Positions 39,885 through 47,583 of a stretch of 64,000 nt of DNA are shown here, piece after piece. Where the stretch lies: assembly GCA_016721085.1 (NCBI GenBank), contig JADKJI010000002.1:83630-147629 (forward strand). The letters are read 5' to 3'. Position 1 is the stretch's first letter; every line of letters starts with the position of its first letter. This stretch comes from Chitinophagaceae bacterium. Its GTDB lineage: Bacteria > Bacteroidota > Bacteroidia > Chitinophagales > Chitinophagaceae. Below the pieces are notes generated by a model, which saw nothing but the letters and a program-made list of their open reading frames with translations, did no database searches and had not been told where the DNA came from. Position numbers and translations under genes: made by a program.

Positions 39885-39987
39885 AAGTCAAAAGTCAAAA
39901 TTAAAAAGTCAAAAAGTTGAAAGTCGGAGAGTAAGATTAGTATTCTGCTCTCCGACTTTCAACTTTTTGACTTTTTACTTTTGACTT
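39885..39987. repeat. about 100-bp AT-rich palindrome built from AAGTCAAA stutter words, between convergent genes
   Basis: The left arm AAGTCAAAAGTCAAAATTAAAAAGTCAAAAAGTTGAAAGTCGGAGAG pairs with CTCTCCGACTTTCAACTTTTTGACTTTTTACTTTTGACTT. It is likely a bidirectional RNA hairpin or terminator. Confidence 0.8.
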
Positions 39988-39994
39988 TCAATTA

Positions 39995-40585
39995 TTAATT
40001 CTCTGCCACTTTTTTCCCACTCACATCAATGTGAATCATTTCACTTCCTTCCATTACACGGGCAACTCCTTCAACAAATTCATCGGCAAATCCATATTTG
40101 AAAGGAATAACAACTTTACCTTTTTTATCGATATAACCCCATTTGCCTTTAGCATTCATAACGGGAGCTAATCCATCGGCTGAAAAGCCTCTGGCACCTC
40201 CGAATTCAAATGGTATTACAACAGTACCTTTTTCGTTGATAAAGCCATAGTTACCAGCTTTTACTACTACTGCCATTCCATTATGGAAAGACATAGCTTC
40301 AGAATATTGGAGTTCGACAATCACTTTACCGGTACTGTCTAAATAACCCCATTTATTGTTTTGCATTACGGCAGCTAATCCATCCGAAAAAGTCAGTGCT
40401 TCATCATATATAAGCGGAACTACTACTTTTCCGTTCTTGTCTACAAATCCATGTTTGTTTCCTTTACCAACCAGTGAGAGGCCGCAAGTGCATTCATCCA
40501 CATGATCATATTGCTTAGCCCATGCCTGGGCAAATCCTGCGTTCACTATCCAAAGGGAAAGCAGGGAAAGTAACCATTTTTTCAT
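39995..40585 (-). CDS. WG-repeat-containing secreted protein
   Basis: Signal peptide MKKWLLSLLSLWIVNAGFAQA at the internal Met; the ORF track extends to 40702 across a repeat. It has five or six units of the KWGYIDKKGKVVIPFKY type. Confidence 0.8.
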   Translation of the reverse strand: MKKWLLSLLSLWIVNAGFAQAWAKQYDHVDECTCGLSLVGKGNKHGFVDKNGKVVVPLIYDEALTFSDGLAAVMQNNKWGYLDSTGKVIVELQYSEAMSFHNGMAVVVKAGNYGFINEKGTVVIPFEFGGARGFSADGLAPVMNAKGKWGYIDKKGKVVIPFKYGFADEFVEGVARVMEGSEMIHIDVSGKKVAEN

Positions 40586-40696
40586 TTTACTTGAGTTTAC
40601 AGTTAAGCAATCGGTTTTTAACTGTTTCAAGTTAGGTTTATAGTACCTCGTTAAACTATGATTTGGGACAATGGGGGTTATGATTTTAGATGGTAT

Positions 40697-40902
40697 GTTC
40701 AATAGGTTCCAGTCGTTGGAGGGGTTCCAAAGGGTCTACTAGTAATGGGCTTTATTCAAATTTGTGTTTTATAACCGCAGAGGCGCGAAGACGCAGAGAA
40801 ATTCCCTGCGTCTCCGCGCCTCTGCGGTTATAAAACCATTAAACTCTTAAACTTGCCAACTAGTCAACCCTCTGGAACTCAATGGAACCTCTGGAACTCT
40901 AC
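40697..40902. repeat. nested modular palindrome: outer GGTTCCA.AGGG..ACTAGT arms around family-B GC palindrome (copy 4 at 40773-40829)
   Basis: The left arm GTTCAATAGGTTCC...TTCCAAAGGGTCTACTAGT is inverted relative to the right arm CCAACTAGTCAACCCTCTGGAAC...GGAACC. The centre is AACCGCAGAGGCGCGAAGACGCAGAG-loop-CCCTGCGTCTCCGCGCCTCTGCGGTT. Confidence 0.8.
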
Positions 40903-41436
40903 TCAAACCTTCTCTCCAACAAACCACTGCTCCTTATTCCTAAACAACACATTAAATGTAGTTAGTGAGCCATAGCATCGCGTGATGTACTGCTGAATAT
41001 TCACTTTCTCCTCATCACTAAGTGTCTTGTTGCTATTGATATTTTGTTCCAGTACGCGGAGGCGGTCGCGGAGCATTACAATCTTGTGGAAGAAATCTTC
41101 AATGGGAATCTCTTTTGGTTTTTGAGTTTTATCTGCTGGTTGTAGTAGGAGCGTACCACCTGTCCAGCGATCGCCTAAGGGCACTTTTTCAGTAATACCT
41201 CCCCATAAACGGAGGATTTTCAATAGTGAGGCTTCGATTTCACTGCTGGTTTCTATTTCTACCGAAACATTTTCAGGGATAATTTCATCCAGCCCCGTAT
41301 CCGTTTTCTCGATTTCTTTTATACCGTGATTGATGAAAGAGATAAGGTAAGTGGCATAGCGAATGCCAACTATTACACCGGGACCATAATGTGTGTGTTG
41401 TAACCGGGTACCGATACCCAAAGTAGTGGAATCCAT
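40903..41436 (-). CDS. hypothetical protein (N-terminal small beta domain, C-terminal helical region)
   Basis: 177-aa ORF, 9 nt downstream of the S12 gene on the same strand. The N-terminal GTRLQHTHYGPGVIVGI resembles the V-x-H-x-x-(F/Y)-G-x-G-x-V motif of small Tudor/SH3-like domains; this resemblance is weak. Confidence 0.55.
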   Translation of the reverse strand: MDSTTLGIGTRLQHTHYGPGVIVGIRYATYLISFINHGIKEIEKTDTGLDEIIPENVSVEIETSSEIEASLLKILRLWGGITEKVPLGDRWTGGTLLLQPADKTQKPKEIPIEDFFHKIVMLRDRLRVLEQNINSNKTLSDEEKVNIQQYITRCYGSLTTFNVLFRNKEQWFVGEKV

Positions 41437-41445
41437 ATTCTAAGG

Positions 41446-42975
41446 TTATTTTACTTTTTTGAATTCATAAGGAGTGTTCTCAACAAAATCGGCCACAGTC
41501 ACAGTAACAGCAGCTACTTTGCCATTCTCTATCGCGAATGGGAATACTTTCACACCATATAAAGGATCGCTGAAAGTACAGAGGAAACGGTTAGCGCCTA
41601 ATGGCTCAAGTGTTCCATAGCGGCCTTTATGATGTTCAAAGCGCATGATCAGTTTGCCATTCTCTAATTGGATCGTCATTTTGCCATAGATATCGTGCAC
41701 ATAATTTCCTGCGAAACTTGTTAATGGTAATGATGGGGCGGGGTTCAGAGCAATAGTATCTCTCTTTTTCTTCTCCCAGTTAGCTTCGCTTTTTTCCTGG
41801 TTATTCGAAAAACCAAGATAAGCTTTGCTGTAGTTGCGATATTGGTTGCCCAAGTAGGCATCCATGATCTCCCATTTAAGGGCTTCGTAAAAAGAGTTGT
41901 GGTCGGTATTGGTCAGAACGATTATGCCTGTCTTTTCTTCCGGAATCAGTGTTACGCTCGTAACGAATCCATTAACTCCACCAGTATGCGAAACTATCTT
42001 ACGACCGCTATATTCTTCAAGGAACCATCCAAGGCCATATAATGCGAAGTGGCCTTTATTATATAATGTGCCACCATTACCAAGAATGGAATGAGGCAAT
42101 CTTGTTTGGTTGATAGCGCTTGCAGGAATCACTTGTTTATCTTCATATTTACCATTGTTCAGTTGTGCCATTACCCAATGGGTGAGGTCGCTGGCAGAAG
42201 AGCTGATACTTCCAGCTGGTGCTATATTATCGATATTACCATAAGCAATCTTTTTCAACTCGCCATTCTGAACGGTGTGTGCCGATGCCCTGTTTGTAGC
42301 TGAAGTTATATCTACCGACAAAGCTCTGGTACGATTCATTCCTAGTGGAAGGAAGATGTTTTTTGTAATATAATCAGCCCAGGTAGAACCACTGGCTTTT
42401 GCTACCACCTCACCAGCAACACCAAAGGCAGCGTTTGTATAACCCCATGTACTACGGAAACTATGAGCAGGTTTTACCTTGGCGAATTTGGCAAACACTT
42501 CTTCTTTTGAAAGATCGGAATCGAAGTACATGAAATCGCCCTGGAAGGTTTCAAATCCTAATCTGTGGCAAAGCAGGTCGCGCAGGTTCGCTTCTTTTGC
42601 CACCCATGGGTCGTATAGATTGAACCATGGCAACCATTTTTGCACCTTATCGTCGAGAGATAATTTCTTTTCAGCATCCAACATGGCAACAGCAGTTGCT
42701 GTAAATGCTTTTGAATTGGAACCGATCATGAAGAGCGTGTTCTCATCTACTTTTTCAGTGCTTCCTTTTTCAACAACTCCATAGCCTTTAATAAAAACCA
42801 CTTTTCCGTTTTTTACGATAGCTACACTTACTCCAGGAATTTTCCAGTCTGCCAGTGCTTTTTGAACATAGGTATCGATACTATCCCTAACGAAGGCGGG
42901 CAGTGTGTCGTTTTGGGCCGTAGCTGAAAAAATGCAGAGGAATAAAAGTGTGATTGCCAGAAGTGATTTTTTCAT
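41446..42975 (-). CDS. S12-family serine hydrolase with C-terminal lipocalin-like domain
   Basis: Signal peptide. SNSK, Y-T-N (WGYTNAAF) and HTGG motifs. C-terminal extension of about 120 aa. The start codon overlaps the TMEM175 stop (ATGA, 42972-42975). Confidence 0.85.
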   Translation of the reverse strand: MKKSLLAITLLFLCIFSATAQNDTLPAFVRDSIDTYVQKALADWKIPGVSVAIVKNGKVVFIKGYGVVEKGSTEKVDENTLFMIGSNSKAFTATAVAMLDAEKKLSLDDKVQKWLPWFNLYDPWVAKEANLRDLLCHRLGFETFQGDFMYFDSDLSKEEVFAKFAKVKPAHSFRSTWGYTNAAFGVAGEVVAKASGSTWADYITKNIFLPLGMNRTRALSVDITSATNRASAHTVQNGELKKIAYGNIDNIAPAGSISSSASDLTHWVMAQLNNGKYEDKQVIPASAINQTRLPHSILGNGGTLYNKGHFALYGLGWFLEEYSGRKIVSHTGGVNGFVTSVTLIPEEKTGIIVLTNTDHNSFYEALKWEIMDAYLGNQYRNYSKAYLGFSNNQEKSEANWEKKKRDTIALNPAPSLPLTSFAGNYVHDIYGKMTIQLENGKLIMRFEHHKGRYGTLEPLGANRFLCTFSDPLYGVKVFPFAIENGKVAAVTVTVADFVENTPYEFKKVK

Positions 42976-43652
42976 TTTGATGCGGGCTTTATTTTTTTCT
43001 TAGAAATTCGTTTGCTAAGTATGCGTATTGAAATTGGTATAAGGAAAGGTACATAAACTGCTGCTTCCACTCTGAACAGATACGCTACTGGTAGCATTAA
43101 TAGAAAGCAGGTGGGCACAATCCAGGAACGGAGACGAGCCAATGCCATCTCTTCCTTATTGGCATTAGGCTCTATCAATTGTTTTTCTGGATTACTTATA
43201 TGCTTCCACATGAAATAATTGGTGATACCAACGAAGAATACATTCAATACATAAAAGGTCATGGGAACTTTTAGTTGCTCCCTGAAAAGTTGTGGTCCTG
43301 CGTATTCGCCATATAGTCCAGTGCTAAACGGCATGAGTACAATAAAAAAAAGGAACAGCAGGTTGAGGCCTAGTAACTTTTTATCGAAGTTGGCAACATA
43401 GCCGAAAAGGCGATGATGGATGGTCCAGTAGAGGCCGATTAAAATGAAGCTGACGATGAAGCCGATGAATTTTGGGATGAGGTGGGCGAGTTCTTTAAGG
43501 ATAGCCTTATCTGAAACTGGACCATCATGTAGTTCAGGTATTTTGATTTCTATAACGAGTAGGGTGATAGCGATAGCGAAAACGGCATCGCTGAAAAGGA
43601 TGAGGCGTTCTAGTTGGAATTCTTTTTTGAATTCGTTGTGTATTTGGCTCAT
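42972..43652 (-). CDS. TMEM175 / DUF1211 family potassium channel homologue
   Basis: Signature RxxxFSD helix-1 motif as ERLILFSDAVFAIAITLLV. Six predicted TM helices. About 226 aa, as in single-repeat bacterial TMEM175 proteins. Confidence 0.85.
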   Translation of the reverse strand: MSQIHNEFKKEFQLERLILFSDAVFAIAITLLVIEIKIPELHDGPVSDKAILKELAHLIPKFIGFIVSFILIGLYWTIHHRLFGYVANFDKKLLGLNLLFLFFIVLMPFSTGLYGEYAGPQLFREQLKVPMTFYVLNVFFVGITNYFMWKHISNPEKQLIEPNANKEEMALARLRSWIVPTCFLLMLPVAYLFRVEAAVYVPFLIPISIRILSKRISKKKIKPASK

Positions 43653-43663
43653 AGATAAGGTTT

Positions 43664-43768
43664 GGAGATGTCATCTTACCCCCGGATGACATCCTATACC
43701 CCGGATGACATCCACCCCCCAGGATGCCATCCGGGGGTAGGATGGCATCTCCCCTTGTAAATTACAAT
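43664..43768. repeat. REPIN-A cluster, copy 5 (opposite orientation)
   Basis: Five (G/A)GATGNCATC(C/T) units with C/G runs, then CTTGTAAATTACAAT. It lies between the TMEM175 start (43652) and the S12 stop (43776). Confidence 0.85.
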
Positions 43769-43775
43769 CAGAAAA

Positions 43776-45077
43776 TTATTCAACCGCCTGGTATACCAGC
43801 ACCTTAAACTTATCCTGCGCCTCCCCATGAGATGTTTTCCAAAGCTGGCGGAATAATAAGCCCACAATCTTTTCTTTCGGGTCCACCCAATAGGTAGTGG
43901 AGAAGGCACCACCCCAATCGAAGGTCCCTGCTTGTGTTGGAATTTCGGCACTACCAGCTTCGGTTGTGATACCGAATCCCAAACCGAATTTATTGCCACC
44001 CAGATCGAGGTTACCGATCTGGTTCATCGTCATCATACGTACGGTATTACGCGCTAATATCCGTTTGCCATTATAAGTTCCACCATTCAGCATCATCTGT
44101 AAGAAAATAGCATAGTCCAGAACGGTAGATGATAATCCGGCACCACCTGAATAATAAGTACCGTTCATTTTAGGATAATCAGTAACAAAAATGCCATTCT
44201 GAATTACTTCCTTTGGAGCGGGTGCCAGCTTTCTGTCGTTCTCTTCATATAAAGTAACAACTCTGTTGTGTTTCGCTGCTGGCACATAGAAATAAGTATC
44301 ATTCATTCCCAATGGTTCGAAAATTCTTTTGCGGAAGAAAGCATCCAGACTCATGCCTGAAATCACTTCTACCAAATAGCCCAATACATCGGTGTTCAAT
44401 CCGTAAGTGAATCGTTCACCAGGTTGATGCATGAGGGGAAGTTTAGCTAGTATCTTCATGTCTGTTGCCAATAATTTACCTGCAGGTACACCTATGCCTG
44501 CTGTTACTCCTGCCTTTCCGTAAATGGCATTTGACTCTCTGCTGCCAATTTGCGCATAAGCTATTCCGGAAGTATGTGTAAGGAGTTGACGAATGGTAAT
44601 CTCCGATTTTGCCGGTACGGTGGTATAAGAGGTGTCTGCAGGATTGAACTTGTCAAGAACTGTAGGTTTGGCAAATTCGGGTATGTATTTTGAAATGGGT
44701 TCATCTAACAAGAACTTTCCTTCTTCATACAGCATCATCACAGCAACACTGGTAATTGCTTTTGTTTGTGAAGCTATACGATAGATTGAACTAACCTGGA
44801 TAGCTTTCGATTTTGCGGGATCATCATAGCCAAAAGCCTTATGATAAACGATTTTGCCATTGCGTGCTATTAATGCAGTGGCACCATTTAATCGTCCGTC
44901 TTTTATCCATTCGTTTATGTTTTGGTCGATGCGATTCAATCTTTCTGCCGATACACCTGCTGCTGCCGGAGCTGCTGGCTGCAATACCGGATAATTGTTC
45001 TGTGAATTGACTTGTAAAACAAACAGGAGTAATACAGCGGTCATTACTCTGGAGGAGAAATGGGTAAATTGGCTCAT
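43776..45077 (-). CDS. S12-family serine hydrolase (divergent second motif)
   Basis: Signal peptide. SxxK as SQTK. The second motif region reads FTYGLNTD rather than Y-S-N. A GGAG segment is near the C-terminus. Confidence 0.8.
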   Translation of the reverse strand: MSQFTHFSSRVMTAVLLLFVLQVNSQNNYPVLQPAAPAAAGVSAERLNRIDQNINEWIKDGRLNGATALIARNGKIVYHKAFGYDDPAKSKAIQVSSIYRIASQTKAITSVAVMMLYEEGKFLLDEPISKYIPEFAKPTVLDKFNPADTSYTTVPAKSEITIRQLLTHTSGIAYAQIGSRESNAIYGKAGVTAGIGVPAGKLLATDMKILAKLPLMHQPGERFTYGLNTDVLGYLVEVISGMSLDAFFRKRIFEPLGMNDTYFYVPAAKHNRVVTLYEENDRKLAPAPKEVIQNGIFVTDYPKMNGTYYSGGAGLSSTVLDYAIFLQMMLNGGTYNGKRILARNTVRMMTMNQIGNLDLGGNKFGLGFGITTEAGSAEIPTQAGTFDWGGAFSTTYWVDPKEKIVGLLFRQLWKTSHGEAQDKFKVLVYQAVE

Positions 45078-45174
45078 GGCAGGTAAATTGGTTATAGATA
45101 GAAAGATAGAAATGAAAAACGAGCTGGGGAAATTTTATAAAGGGGTAGGTGGATAAGTAAAGTTGTAGAGTGGG

Positions 45175-45262
45175 AGTTGTGTTTTACAACTGCGGATGCC
45201 ATCCTACCCCCCGGAGGGCACGCTATACCCAGGATGCCATCCGGGGGGTAGGATGACATCCG
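45175..45262. repeat. REPIN-A cluster, copy 6
   Basis: AGTTGTGTTTTACAACT followed by GGATGCCATCC-TACCCCCC...CAGGATGCCATCC-GGGGGGTA-GGATGACATCC. It ends 6 nt before the stop at 45268. Confidence 0.85.
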
Positions 45263-45267
45263 CAAAA

Positions 45268-46062
45268 TCACTCTTCCCCCTCTTTCTTCATCTCCCCCAT
45301 CAATAACTTAAACCTCTTGAACTGAAAATAACACCTCTTAATATAAGCCTGTAACTCATAATCCGTTGCTATCTCAACAAACTCCACCTTCGGACGGTAC
45401 CACCTTATAAAGGAATCCAGATCGGCACCCTTTAGTTGCGTGAGTCGAATGATAACCGCCCTACTGAACCGGTGATCGATATATTTCTCTGTCTCTTCCC
45501 TCAGCAATCTTTCCTGGAAAGCTTCCATCCTTCGGTTTTTTCGGAACTGGAACATGCGGATGAACTCATTTATATCTAATCCCACGCCGCCAGAAGGACT
45601 TACCGATGTCAAGCTCTCGATATTTGGCCGGTGGAAATTGAAGGCCTTTGCATAATCCAATCGGTTCTGGATGGAATCGACCCGGTAATTGCGGGGCATT
45701 ACTGTTATCTGCCTCAGATCGCTGATATTTACATGAAGGGATATCTCAAAATTCTGAAGATTCGCTATTGCTGAAACCGGAAATTTAGGAGTGGGTTTGC
45801 CTAAATAAGAAAACCAGATGGAATCGCGCTCCGCCACCACTATTGTATATCGGCCGTTTACATCCGTGATAGTTCCATTTCCTCCGGAACAAAGGACACT
45901 GACTGCTTCCAATGGTTTTTTCTGGGTAACATCATATACGCGCCCGCTTACCCTTACCTGTGCCATGGCTGGTAAAAATAGAAATGAAAGCAGTGCGGAA
46001 AAAAGCAGACTATGTTTCAAAAAAAGTGAAAAGTATAAATTAGGCCGTGATATTACAACCAA
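45268..46062 (-). CDS. carboxypeptidase-regulatory-like domain protein
   Basis: Signal/TM segment followed by QVRVSGRVYDVTQKKPLEAVSVLCSGGNGTITDVNGRYTIVV, a typical CarboxypepD_reg pattern. The remainder is not recognised. Confidence 0.6.
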   Translation of the reverse strand: MVVISRPNLYFSLFLKHSLLFSALLSFLFLPAMAQVRVSGRVYDVTQKKPLEAVSVLCSGGNGTITDVNGRYTIVVAERDSIWFSYLGKPTPKFPVSAIANLQNFEISLHVNISDLRQITVMPRNYRVDSIQNRLDYAKAFNFHRPNIESLTSVSPSGGVGLDINEFIRMFQFRKNRRMEAFQERLLREETEKYIDHRFSRAVIIRLTQLKGADLDSFIRWYRPKVEFVEIATDYELQAYIKRCYFQFKRFKLLMGEMKKEGEE

Positions 46063-46093
46063 TTATGCGAAGCTACTGCCTTAATAGCCGCAT

Positions 46094-46675
46094 TTAACGT
46101 CGATTTTGCAGTAAAATGGTTTCTGTAGCAACTCTTGGAAAATGCTGGTGTTCCAAGGCGTGTATCTTGGTGGCCAGTGAATCAGGGGTATCATCAGGGC
46201 CAATACTGCAATATGCCTGGAAAATAGTGGACCCATGATCATACTGTTCATCAACATAATGAATAGTGATTCCGCTTTCCTTTTCCTTATTCGCTATCAC
46301 CGCTTCATGAACATGCGATCCATACATCCCCTTACCCCCATATTTCGGCAATAGTGCTGGATGTATATTGATGATTTTTGAAGGGAAGGCTTTTACCAAT
46401 GCAGCTGGTATCTTCCAAAGAAATCCAGCCAGTATGATGAAATCGATATGATGAGCTTTTAATTCATCGAGATAGGCATTGCCTCTGAAAAAGGGCTCCT
46501 TTTCAATCATCAGAGTCGGGATACCCGCCTTTTCAGCAATCGACAGCACACCAGCCCCCGGTTTGTTGCAAACTATCAGAGAAACGCTGATCTGTTGATG
46601 CCCTTTCAGATATTCAATTATTTTCCCGGCATTACTTCCGGCTCCGGAGGCGAAAATGGCTACATGGTGCTTCAT
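46094..46675 (-). CDS. purN: phosphoribosylglycinamide formyltransferase
   Basis: N-terminal VAIFASGAGSNAGKII, central ILAGFLWKIP..IINIHPALLPKYGG and HYVDEQYDHGSTI. 193 aa. Confidence 0.9.
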   Translation of the reverse strand: MKHHVAIFASGAGSNAGKIIEYLKGHQQISVSLIVCNKPGAGVLSIAEKAGIPTLMIEKEPFFRGNAYLDELKAHHIDFIILAGFLWKIPAALVKAFPSKIINIHPALLPKYGGKGMYGSHVHEAVIANKEKESGITIHYVDEQYDHGSTIFQAYCSIGPDDTPDSLATKIHALEHQHFPRVATETILLQNRR

Positions 46676-46724
46676 GGTGGTGCAAAACTGTGGCTTTTTC
46701 GTTGAAAGACGTTGCTTTTTTTTA

Positions 46725-47063
46725 GCTAAAGGCTTAAGGCCTAAGGCCCAAGGCTTTAATTCGGAATCCGTACGGAGATTTGTGAGTAAAGCTCAAAGCT
46801 AAAGCCCTAAGGCCTAATGCTTTATTTAGGAGTTCTACCCAAAAATTAGTTTTCAAAAAAGAACCTCGTAATTCAAAAGAATTTGTTGTTGTTCTCGGTT
46901 TATGCTTAGGGCTTAAAGCCTAAGGCCCAAAGCTTTATTCAGGAATTTACCCGATAATTCAGTTCTCAAATAAGTTTCTTGTAATTAACTAGAATTTGTA
47001 GTTGTTCTCAGGTTAAGCTTTAGGCCTTAAGCCTTGAGCCTTAGGCCATTAAGACTTAGGTCC
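46725..47063. repeat. tandem array, period about 113 bp (two full plus two partial units), each unit headed by an AAGGC/TAAGGCC stutter block
   Basis: Units 46791-46903 and 46904-47016 align by eye over most of their length. Partial units lie at 46725-46790 and 47017-47063. The last block overlaps the 3' end of the 47049 gene. Confidence 0.75.
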
Positions 47064-47330
47064 AAAAAACCTAAAAACCCTCTTCAAATACGCCCTGAAA
47101 AAAGGAAACTGACCCAAAGGAATGCTTATCACCAAAACACAAACCGGCCAGAGAAGGGTGATCAGTACTATATATAATGGAATGCGGAGCAGGGATTCCT
47201 CGATTTCGAACAGATTCAGAATTCTGCGGCCGAGGTAGCCGCAGCAGCTTCCGCCCAATGCAAAGGTGACAAGGATTAGCGCCAATTGCCATCCATTTAC
47301 ATTCCATTTCTGTTTCAATCTGTCGAACAT
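47049..47330 (-). CDS. small two/three-TM membrane protein, unknown function
   Basis: Hydrophobic segments LALILVTFALGGSCCGYL and IPLYIVLITLLWPVCVLVISIPL. The start is placed at MFDRLKQKW. Confidence 0.5.
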   Translation of the reverse strand: MFDRLKQKWNVNGWQLALILVTFALGGSCCGYLGRRILNLFEIEESLLRIPLYIVLITLLWPVCVLVISIPLGQFPFFRAYLKRVFRFFGPKS

Positions 47331-47526
47331 GGGCGCAAAAGTGTGGTAAAATTTCCATTTAACCATCTAATGGAAAGCCCTGACATGAATTTTACTCACA
47401 TGTTTACAAAAACATGACATATAGTATTCACAACATCCAAAAATAATTGAAAATTAGGCTGAAACCCGCGCCCAGACTGGCTTAAAAAAATTTTAAACGT
47501 GTTGACTATTTGTTAAAATCCTGACT

Positions 47527-47534
47527 TATTTTTG
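47527..47534 (+). promoter_or_regulatory. candidate Bacteroidota -7 promoter box TATTTTTG upstream of actA
   Basis: It matches the TAnnTTTG consensus 50 nt upstream of the actA ATG. TTG motifs lie about 15-22 nt further upstream (47502-47512). Confidence 0.4.
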
Positions 47535-47583
47535 CAGCCAACTCAGGAAATTTTTCCACATAATTTCATCATATTCAACTGGT

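Noticed and set aside
43694-43999. A 101-aa ORF spanning REPIN-A copy 5 and the 3' end of the S12 gene.
   Set aside because: It overlaps a well-supported gene in another frame, and half of it is translated palindromic repeat.
25856-45077. Calling the S12 genes bona fide beta-lactamase resistance determinants.
   Set aside because: Only the generic SxxK / Y-x-N / H-x-G fold motifs are visible. This fold includes esterases, D-aminopeptidases and DD-peptidases, and several of these genes have extra C-terminal domains atypical of AmpC.
46725-47063. Possible CRISPR array, also considered for the REPIN-A clusters.
   Set aside because: The repeats are degenerate and self-complementary, the spacers are homologous to each other, the period is wrong and no cas genes are present.
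47071-47358. An alternative-frame 95-aa ORF overlapping the small membrane gene.
   Set aside because: It is on the same strand and covers the same span as the 47049-47330 frame, which has clean TM helices. The alternative frame is Arg/His/Cys-rich with no features.
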